This document shows, piece after piece, positions 37,166-46,925 of a stretch of DNA of 64,000 nt. The stretch covers positions 15,500,001-15,564,000 of the forward strand of contig CM059447.1 of assembly GCA_030390025.1 (NCBI GenBank), read 5' to 3'. The translations under genes and the position numbers were made by a program. Every line of letters starts with the position of its first letter. Position 1 is the stretch's first letter. The notes under the pieces were generated by a model that was not told the origin of the DNA, did no database searches, and saw only the letters and a list, made by a program, of their open reading frames with translations. The stretch is from Squalus acanthias (Eukaryota).

Positions 37166-38556
37166 GTAAGTGAAATAACTAGATGTTCCTGTGGTGCATA
37201 ACCACACAAGAATTACCTCTTTAAAGGGCATAGTGAGCAGATCTCAGTAATAATAAACTCAAGGTTTGCTTTGAACTAGCTTTAGTGTCTCAAACTGCTT
37301 TTATATAAAATGATTCTAAATGGGCCTTGATGTGCTAGTACCTGGATAAATTATCAACATTATTAGTCTAGAATTTTAAATGTGCATTTATTATGGCCAC
37401 ATGGTTCTTTAGAAGACTCTTTCGGTATTGCTGTGATTCAATCTCAGATAAGATCTCAGGTAGGGGTGTTGATCAATTGTGCAGTATGTCAGGTGCCTTT
37501 CACACTGGATCTGGCTGATTCATAGTATTGGAACAATAGGGGTGATTCCATAGTTGTCCTTTTTACCTCTGGCGCCTGCATTCAAAATCCAGACCAGACA
37601 AAGCAATATTTTGAAAAAGGGTCCCGACTCCTCACCTAAAACGTTAACGTGGCCGTTCTCTCCACAGCCTGCTGTCTTTTCTGTTTTTATTTCAGATTTG
37701 CAGTATTTTACTTTTTACAAAACAATGGAATATTTAGTTTGTAGTAGGAAACAGGAATTGAATTTTTTTTTAACAATCACCCTGCAGGACTTAGTTCCCA
37801 TTTCCCACAATAAACTTTGAGTATTTAGATACATCAGAAGAAACAATTCCAAATTAGAACACAATATGTAAGAAGAAAAGCACATTTGGCCTATCAAGCT
37901 TGCACAGAATATGTACCATTTTCCTACAATGAATTCTAGCTTACTTATTCAATCAGCTGAGGGAAAGTTTTTCATCATTACCCCACCCCAAACACAGTCA
38001 AGCAGTGTGGATGTATGACAAAATAGCTACGTACATCTACACCTTCATTATTCAAATGTAGCCACTTTCCACAGATGGAATATTCATGTACCATCTGCAC
38101 AACAAAATGTTTCAACTATTGTTCCCTGGAGTATTTGATTACCTCTGTGTATACTCTGCAACCAACAAAGCCCATTCCTAATCATTGGTAGGTTTTATTG
38201 AAGAAGCTTCTAAACTCAGAACTCCTACTGCTATAAAAGTTGGTGGGCTACAAACATGAATTGGTCACTCATTTCCACCCCAACTGGTTTTCCTGGGACC
38301 TCTACGAGACCATGGAGGGCAGGTGGCGCAAAGATAAGTATATTTAGTTTTTACTAACTGAATATTGGGTAGTTCGAATGTGCTTCAGAGATGTCTGGTT
38401 AAGACAGAACTGGAAGGTTTCTCTATAAACATTTTTCAAACCACTGTGCTGTTGTTCTGGAAAAGAGCTTAAAACAAATGCAAAATTAAAAAATGAACAC
38501 TGCATGTGCCGTGTATATATGCCAGCACATTGCCCTCCCCCTCGACTATAGATGTA

Positions 38557-39173
38557 GGCATAGAAATTGCTCCAGGCCAGTTTTTGGGCCTGAAATGGAC
38601 GGCGTGCACACAGGGCGCGTCCCAACCGAGAGGCCCAAGGCCAGCCCGAAATTGGGCCTCTGGCCACATTAATATTATTTGGGCAATCTGTCAGCACTTG
38701 TCGTGGTCCACAGGCTCGGCCCATTTTAAAAAGATAAATTTCGAGCCGCTTGCCTTGCTAGCAGTGGCCTGAAGGTAAGTCCTGGGGGGGTAGGGTGGAG
38801 CGGCAATGGTGGGCGAGGTGATCGGGATACTGTGGGGTCCAGGACTACTCCTACTCCTCATCGCTTCATAGGAATGTTTAAAACATCTATTTTTACTGAC
38901 TAACCTTTGGGTGGCGGCTGCTGCTTAGGCTGCTGAAGAATCCTGAGCGGGGCAGTCCTGGCTTTTGCTTCCAATTTGGTAGAGGGAGCATAAAACAGGC
39001 ATGAGGCTCTCATTTACATATGTAAGAGGCCTAATTTACACAGTCGCCAGGGTCGGATGTCTTTCAGGCATCCTTTGAATGCAGGACACTGATCCCCGAA
39101 ATTGGATCTCGTTGCACCCGTTTTACGCCCATATTCCTGTAAAACAGGCACAATGAGGTCCAATTTCTACCCC
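38557..39173. mobile_element. Non-autonomous TIR element (PIF/Harbinger-like MITE)
   Basis: TIRs ggcatagaaattg / caatttctacccc; 3-bp TSD GTA. Confidence 0.8.
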
Positions 39174-39209
39174 GTAATGTGGCCAATGGAGATTAGGAAA
39201 ATTTGGAAG

Positions 39210-39625
39210 GAAAGAAAGAAGTTGCATTTATCTAGCAACTTAGCACATCCTCAGAACATCCTACGGTGCTTCACATTCAACAAATTACTTTTGAAGTGCA
39301 GCCACTGCTGCTATGAAGGTTAACAAAACAGCCACATTGCACACAGCAAGATCCCACAAACAGCAATTGAGATGAATAACCAGCGAATCTTTTTTTTTGT
39401 GTGGTGTTATTTGAAGGAGAGAGAACTCTGCTTTTCTTCAAATAATCGCTGTGGGATCTGTTACCTGTAAAGGCAGATGGAGCCTTGGTTTAATATCCCA
39501 TCTCCTCCAAAAGACAGCAATGCAGCACTCTCTGAGTAATGTGCTAAAGTGTCACTATGAGCACAAGTCAACTGTGGGGCTCAGAACCTACAGCTGTCTA
39601 ACCCAGAGATGAGAGTTCTACCAAA
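39210..39625 (-). mobile_element. Diverged SINE family A
   Basis: aagaagttgcatttatctagc...gcacacagcaagatcccacaaacagcaa... Confidence 0.75.
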
Positions 39626-40037
39626 TAAGTCCAACAGAAATATTACATAACATCAAAAATAAAGAGTGGCATCAGCAGGTGAGTTGGCTATCCTTTCTGT
39701 CAGACAATTATTCATGGACACTTAGTCGAAACATATGCCTAGAAATTCCTGTTTGCAATATTAGTGTCTGAAGGCTTGATGCATTCCTCTGTCTGCTATT
39801 TTAACGGAGGTGTTAACTCATTTAAAATAGGTGGATTATCATGTGACCCCTGCTGGGAGTGTGAATGGACACTGGGCGAGGGCAGAATTGGGCTCAGATG
39901 TGACACCCCCTGAGTCTGAATAAATGGAGCGATTTCATTCCGAGTTGGCTTTAAATAGGGTAAGGCAGCATAAAGACAGTGAACTTCCCTGTCATAGGAA
40001 CTGGGAGGTTCATTAACGTAGAACAGTGCTGTCTCAC

Positions 40038-40101
40038 CTCCGATATTGGGTTTGAATGACAGCCTCTCTTCCTGACGGCTGATATTGGTGCTGACTGACA
40101 T
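40038..40101 (-). CDS. Candidate alternative first coding exon MSVSTNISRQEERLSFKPNIG, ending in phase 1
   Basis: ATG at 40101 and donor GAG|gtgaga; phase matches the other minus-strand candidates. Confidence 0.3.
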
Positions 40102-40809
40102 GAGACTGAGCAGTGTTAAGGCCCTAGTGTATTTATTTAATTCACATAAAAGAGAAAACAGTAATTATCACATTCCACATAAACAAAAAATGATCTCATC
40201 TTTCTTTGCAGCCAAGCTGTCAATGAAGAATGATTAGTTACCACAATGTACTTTTCAAAGATGTGTAACAGTGTACTTGGAAATACAAGTGGTTTTTTTT
40301 GGAGAGCTACAGGTGGTGCTATTAAATAAGTTGGACTAATAGAAGGGACTGGGGGGGTCTATCTGGAGTGGATAAAAAAAATCCCAAAACAACGTGTGAG
40401 ATAGATTTTAGTGATCATAGGTGCATCACACAGTATTTCCTGCACAATTCACAGTTAGCAAAAAATTGTGCACAGATATACCTTGTCGAACAGCATTGAT
40501 TTTCGTCGCTTTACAATAAAATCCAACTCGCTCACGTGTAGTAACATACACTGGCTCCAGGGGGCAATGCTGTATTTCATTGCACTGCGACCTATGTACT
40601 GTTGTGGCACAGACAGATAAATCTACACTTGCACTCATTTAGATTCTTCTTTCATCAGAAATGGGGTGGGGTTTCTCTGGAAGATGGAAGCAGTCACTCC
40701 CATGACTGAGATTCCGTGCAAGATACTAATCCCAGAATCATCAACACCTTTTTAAAAAAAACATGTTTTTCAATTTTATTTTTCCTTTTTCACTAAATTT
40801 TCTCCCTTC

Positions 40810-41262
40810 CTCCTCCTCCTCCTCCTCTCCTGAAGGCTGTCACTCCTTGCTGGCGTGCTGCTCCATGGCTTCCAATCACCCTCACCCCGCCAGCCAGTCT
40901 TCATGTGTGAGCCCAGAGACTCTGACAGCAGGCTCTTCGGTCACAGCAGGCGTCACACTCCAGCCCAATCCTGCCATTACCTGCCATCCCCAGATGTGCA
41001 CTTCCAATGGGGTTTGCTGAATAATGGATCAGGAGTAGGAACCCGCAGCAATTTTCCCTACCTAAACAAGAACCCTGACTGCGTTCCCATCTCTTTAGTC
41101 CAGTGATGCTGAGGACAATTCTCGCCCCACCCCACCCACCACCATCCTGGCTGTGATCAGCTAACTTATCACAAACATTGGGATTAAACTTTGTCATTTA
41201 AAGTTACGACTGATCCTTCCTGGTCCCTACGGCTCAGCTATTCATCGTCTTAACTGACTGAG
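40810..41262 (-). mobile_element. SINE family C, diverged
   Basis: cttcatgtgtgagccc...cagcccaatcctg...gatcaggagtagga...gatcagctaact...ccttcctggtc. Confidence 0.7.
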
Positions 41263-41748
41263 CTTCAAAGTAACATCTGATTGTATTTACTATTTTATTT
41301 ACTATATAAAGAGAGGTAAGTTCTATTTATACAAATTCTCTGTGTATAATTCTCTACCAGAAAGGGCAAGTGACAGACCTGCTCCCAGGATTTTTGTGAT
41401 ACCATCCTTTTTTTGATGATGGTAAATTCTTTTTATTTCCTGCTATGTTTCCTAATCCCATGGACAACGCACCACGCGTGGTCGAGATGGTAGGCGGGAG
41501 GGCGGTCTATTCCCAGACGTGTTCCATTGTCTCCTGAACCAGGTATTGCAAAGCGCATGAATGTAATATATGGATGACCCACCTTTCAATTTTGTGTCCT
41601 TGCCCCATCTAATTAGTGATCAAGGGGTCTCTCAAATTCAATTACTGATCAAGTTGTCTCCCAGGTCAATTAGAGATCAAGCTGCCTCTTTTTATTAGTC
41701 TGAATGCAACGTTAATGGCTCAGGTCAGGAAATAAACACATACTTGTG

Positions 41749-41805
41749 GTTAAGGAAGTGACATCAGACCAACCCATGGAGTTGGTCTGATGTCACTTCC
41801 TTAAC
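41749..41805. repeat. Perfect inverted repeat, 25-bp arms, 7-nt spacer
   Basis: gttaaggaagtgacatcagaccaac-ccatgga-gttggtctgatgtcacttccttaac. Confidence 0.97.
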
Positions 41806-41865
41806 TGTCTCTACTCGGAGTCCCCCGTACAATGGAGCAGATAAAATAAAGAACTCAGTAATATG

Positions 41866-42712
41866 GGGGGCGATTTTGCCAGCCCTGGGGAGGCGGGTTT
41901 GGAGGCGGGACTGCCGGGAAAATGGCAGAATCTGGGAGCGGGTACCCATCCCGCCCCCAACCCGACTCCGTGCCATCTTCCCAGGAGGTGGGTACCCGAC
42001 CCGTGCTGGGTCCCATCTCCTGGAGGCGGGAAGGGGATTACAGCCACTTAACTGCCTGTTAACAGGTAGTTAACAGGCAGTTAAGAGGATTATTCCCATT
42101 TTTCCACCAGAGGTGCGGGCTTCCCGACATCGGGAAACCCCGCCAGGGTCAGCGAGGCGAGCAGTGGGTCTGTGGGCGTGAGAGGGGTCCAAAAGTGCGC
42201 TGTGGAGGTGAGTAATGGGCGCAAGTGTGGAGAGGTAAGTATGAGACGTGAGTGAAAAGTGATAGAAAATGTTTACTTACCTTTGTTTCTTCCTGCAGGC
42301 TTCAACAGTTGGGGAACCGGAGACTCCCCGCATCTCACCGGCAGAGATGACAGAATGGCTGCTGCATTCTCCAGTGCAACAGCCATCTGATTTCTGCTCA
42401 GCAGATAGGTTTGATGAGTCTTGAATACAAGGACTCATCAAACAACATAGAACGTCAGTGTTTGACAGCTTCACAGAGCTGTCAAACGATGACAATTCAG
42501 CTGTCAAAAATTTTTGACAGATGAAATGTCATACGCTGACGTTCTCTGTAACCGGCTTCCCCTTAATTGGCCTGCTAAGCCCACTGGGCGGGCTTAACAA
42601 GGTCAATCAAGGGAAAATAGCGTGGGTTGGCCAGAAGTCGATGGAGGCGGGACTAAAACCTAACAAGCAGCAGTCCCGCCTCCAACGCGCCCCCATTGGC
42701 AAAATCACCCCC
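41866..42712. mobile_element. Non-autonomous TIR element (PIF/Harbinger-like MITE)
   Basis: TIRs gggggcgattttgcca / tggcaaaatcaccccc; 3-bp TSD ATG. Confidence 0.88.
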
Positions 42713-42745
42713 ATGGACAGGGACATCGAACCTACAAATTATTGA

Positions 42746-42968
42746 AAGAAAGAAAGACTTGCATTTATATGATGCCTTTCATGACCACCAGACGTCCCAA
42801 AGCGCTTTACAGCCAATTAAGTACTTTTTTTTGAGGTGCAGTCACTGTTGTAATGTAGGAAACGCGGCTGCCAATCTGCGCACAGCAAGCTCCCACAAAC
42901 AGTAATGTGATGATGACCAGATAATCTGTTTTTGTGGTGTTGGTTGAGGGATAAATATTGGCCAGGGG
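42746..42968 (-). mobile_element. SINE family A 3' half
   Basis: Matches the reverse complement of the 3' half of the 1299 copy. Confidence 0.9.
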
Positions 42969-43917
42969 GCTGTGTTGTACCTCCTCTTAAGACAGACTTG
43001 GAGATGCATAAAAGTGGCACATGATGACTTGCTCTCTGATTTCCCCACCCTGCCCAGGAAAAATCCCTGGTCTCCACTTATTGACTTGGCTTAAATCAGA
43101 ATCACGTATGGGGGTTCATGAAGCGATCACTAATGCTAGAACTCAATGGTGCAGCAGTACATGCAATTTATCAACAGTAATCGGGTAAGACAGGCAGTGA
43201 CAGTATTGATAGACACTGGATTGCCAAACCAGAGGCCATGAGTTTGAATCCTGGCCTTTATTGGCATTTAAATTCATTTGCCCTCATTTGTTGAGTTTGT
43301 GCCTGTTCCCGGAGGCCTGTTAGATGGACGGTGTTGATCTCAAACAGGAGCAAAGCCCAGCAGAATCACTTTCTGCTAATGTCAATCCATGACTAGCTAA
43401 AAGCAGGGGAACAGGAGTGGGCCTGGCAGTTTCGTCCAGCCCTGAGATGGAATGCTCTGCTACGGCAAAGTGCTTGATCCACCGAAACTTGACTAAGAAC
43501 TGGTTAGACTTCCCCATCAGGGTCAGTCGTAACTTTAAATGACAAGGGTGGGATTTGAAATCGGAACCTGTACTGCCGGGGCTACCGATTCGAATTTTCA
43601 ACAACTCCGCTTTTTTTTACAGCTTAAAAGCATTATAAGTGGCTGAATCCTGTCCCATTAGAATTCTGTACGAGGTACTGTGACTTCCCTCATTCATTTT
43701 GTAATAAAATCAAATATTCTTAAGATAGAATAGAATTGCTCCCCTCCATTCAAAATAGAAATCTAGCTCTTAAAACAAAATTACACTTATTTAGCATTTC
43801 ACTGTCACGAAGCTTGGTGAATAAATCATTTTTAAAAATCTTTTCTGCCTCTAGCTTTGTAAAACACAGTACTTGTTTTTCTCCTTCTCCCCCTCTGTCC
43901 CGTCTTGTCTGTCCAAG

Positions 43918-43938
43918 CACTGTGCCTAAACTGAAAGA
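43918..43938 (+). CDS. Candidate 21-nt microexon, phase 2-2 (TVPKLK)
   Basis: ~40-nt polypyrimidine tract, AG acceptor, gtaagt donor; only one frame is open. Confidence 0.45.
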
Positions 43939-44199
43939 GTAAGTGGCTGCTCTTGACCAGTTGCTGTGAGGTGTATGAGAGCAGTCTTCAAGATGGTTTT
44001 CCATTAATGGACTGCCATCGACTGCAGATACACTGTCGTCTTGCACCCTGCCGCACACTTTGATATCGATGAGCTGACCCCTGGAGGTCCTGGCGCACCA
44101 GATTTTCATTAAAACCCTAAAAGCACGGAGCGGGATGCCCCTCCGTTTGAACGATGGGCATCGTCGGTCCCTCTCAGCTTGACTCGGGGCAGCAGCAGG

Positions 44200-44320
44200 G
44201 AGAATAGCCAATCGGGGAGAGTGGCACATGGAGGTCACAGGTCGCTGTTTGAGCACTGCTCCCCTGCAGCCACTTTATATAAAAGGGTACGAGGTGACAC
44301 TCTACTCTCTCCAGTCCTTA
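44200..44320 (+). promoter_or_regulatory. Candidate Pol II core promoter (CCAAT and TATA)
   Basis: agCCAATcg at 44208-44212, TATAAAAG at 44278-44285, pyrimidine-rich initiator-like stretch ~30 nt downstream. Confidence 0.4.
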
Positions 44321-45569
44321 CTCCCTCCCTGTGGGGGAAAGGACCTGGCTACACATGGCACCACCAGCAGGGTGACTGAGCCTGGTAAATTGAGATGTGG
44401 GAAATCACGGGCATGAACCAACATCCTGCCACTCTGTGGCGCCCCACCACAGTACATCATTTAAAAAAAAAATGAAACAAAATAGATGGCAGTTAGTTTT
44501 AACACCGCAGATATCAGAAAGTTGCAGCTTTATAATCGGCACTATCTGAGTAGTGATAAGGCAGACAATTATCAAGAGGAAGTTGTTCTGTAATATTGAG
44601 GACAGATTCCACAACACTGGGACAACAGACCAACAACTCCAGCACGAGTTAGTTTGTGCTGCCACGGTTTTTTTTGGAAGTCATTGTGCCTGACTTTAAT
44701 TCTGGGTGCCCGCTCAGTCCAGAGATGGGGAAAGGCCGCACGCTCTGCCTTCACAGAAGTGCTGGTCTAACCCACCTCTCGCTGTGCTTCTCGGTGTCTC
44801 TGGAGCCATTTACAAGTGTGGCTGATATAAAGTGGGGGCCGCCGTCAACGGCCGCGCTCTAGTGTAAAGAGGCCGGGAGATGCGGTGACACATGGGCTTA
44901 CTGTAATGAATAGGTTATCGAGACGCTCTTGGTATTCTATGCGGTTTGTGGGCCGTTAACGAGTGATTAATAGGACGGCCTACAGAACAAAAGGGTGCAA
45001 GGTCACCCAGATCACGGGGGAGCGCTGCAGCTGCCGAGACGCTCCTAACCAAAACAGCTTATATACTTAACTGAAATTTAGTGCCATATAAACGAAAGGG
45101 GAGAATTGCGTACACTGATCAAAGTTGCTGCTGTACAGTTTGCTCTGAAGTCGAGCAGACTGTTGTCTGGAACAAATTCTAGGTTTTGTGTGTTCATGTG
45201 AGATAAAAAAGAATTTTTTTTGAAAGCGTCACAGATGGATTTTGTTCAAACAAGGTGAGAGTATATTTAGTGTAGGGACTAAAAGAATACATGCAGAGGA
45301 ATATTTTCAGTGATTATCACATGGATGTACTTCTGCCAAGCTGAGCAATTGTCTTTTAAGTTCCCGATTAGTTTGGAACTGCACGCTCATTATTATATCC
45401 TCTGCGTTTGGCTGCAGGCAGTACTGGGACACAGGCAAATGGTGTTTGCATCCAACGCTGGTTGAAAACTAAGTTGGTGCCTTTTTCTTCATCCACCTCA
45501 CTCTTGCTGGACCTGCCAGTTTCCAGGACTTGCCAGCTGAGGTCAGGATGGGCATTCGATTCCTACACC

Positions 45570-46022
45570 TTAAACTGAGGTCCCTACTCAGGTGGACGAT
45601 TCGAAGAAGAGCTGGGGAGGTCTCCAGATGTCCTGGCCAATGCTCCCTGTAAGCTGCGTTTTGTTCTGTGCGGCCTGTTTCTTTTAATGCGTGGTCCCTT
45701 TAAATTTCTGCGCATGCGCGGTATTTACAATGGAAAAGCTGGTGAGCGGCCTGCACAGGAACTTTCAGATTACTGCGCGGCCGCGCGTGCGCCTTAGTGG
45801 AAACATTGGTCCTGGCCAACATTTATCCCTTTACCAACATCACTAAAACAGACTATCTGGTCATTATCTCATTACTGTTTGTGGGAGCTTGCTGTGCACA
45901 AATTGGCTGCCGCGTTTCCCTGTATTACAGCAGTGACTACACTCCAAAAGTATTTAATTGGCTGTAAAGCATTCTGGGACATCCTGATGTTGTGAAAGGC
46001 TACATAAATGCAATTTCTTTTC
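45570..46022 (+). mobile_element. Partial SINE family A with nested hAT-like MITE
   Basis: Deu core and tail, interrupted at 45638-45808. Confidence 0.85.
45638..45808. mobile_element. 171-bp hAT-like MITE
   Basis: TIRs caatgctccctgtaag / cttagtggaaacattg; perfect 8-bp TSD gtcctggc. Confidence 0.88.
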
Positions 46023-46411
46023 CTTCCTTCTACACCCAGCATTATACCTGGTAATCACAAATATATTGTAGTTTTGTAACAAATGAGATCCTCTTTCAGT
46101 AGGTTTTAGCTTTGTATAAGGCCAACATTTGACATTTAGTTTAATTATTTGTATAAGTATTCAATGTAATGTTCAACGCAGGAGACAAATGGATGTTTGG
46201 AGCCAAATGTGTTTCAGTAGACTTGTTTCACTCTTACTGATGCTGCAGAAAAATCTCAAGTGGCAGAAGATGACAGAGAGAGAAAGAAAAAGCAAAAAAG
46301 GAGAGCGGCAGTTGCATTTCATTGAGTAAGATACAGGTAACAAGGTGCAGTATAAGGTGGAAACTTCCACAGCAAACTTAAAAAGTTTGTTCCCTAAAAA
46401 CCCCTCAAACT

Positions 46412-46710
46412 ACAACAACAACAACTTGCACTTATATAGCGCCTTTAACATAGGAAAACATCCCAAGGTGCTTCACAAGACCATTATCAAACAAAATTTG
46501 ACACCAAGCCACATAATGAGATATTAGGACAGACGACCGAAAGCTTGATCAAAGAGGTAGGTTTTAAGGAGCGTCTTAAAGGAGGAGAGAGAGGTAGCGA
46601 GGCGGAGAGGTTTAGGGAGGGAATTCCAGAGCTTAGGGCCTAGGCAGCTGAATAGTGGAGCGATTCAAATTGGGCATGCGCACGAGGCCAGAATTGGAGG
46701 AGCGCAGATA
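46412..46710 (-). mobile_element. L2 LINE 3' end
   Basis: caacaacaacttgcacttatatagcgcctt tail; gggaattccagagcttagggcc encodes GPKLWNSLP on the minus strand. Confidence 0.88.
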
Positions 46711-46748
46711 ATGTAAGGGGATCTAACCTCTCAATCATTAGTATGAAA

Positions 46749-46925
46749 ATGAGAAGTCGCACAACACCAGGTTATAGTCCAACAGTTTTATTTGAAATCA
46801 CGAGCTTTCGGAGCGCTGCTCCTTCGTCAGGTGAAGTGATATAAAGCTGTTGGACTATAACCTGGTGTTGTGCGACTTCTAATTTTTGTCCACCCCAGTC
46901 CAACACCGGCATCTCCGCATCATGG
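46749..46925. mobile_element. 177-bp Penelope-derived fold-back insertion
   Basis: Inverted pseudo-LTR segments; 14-bp TSD tcattaRtatgaaa (46735-46748 and 46926-46939). Confidence 0.88.
46798..46834 (-). ncRNA. Minimal type I hammerhead ribozyme motif
   Basis: UCAC CUGACGA A GGAGC agc GCUCC GAAA GC UC GUGA. Confidence 0.8.

Noticed and set aside
43750-44256. 168-aa minus-strand ORF
   Set aside because: No ATG at the ORF start, no convincing splice sites and no recognisable domain. It overlaps better-supported plus-strand signals.
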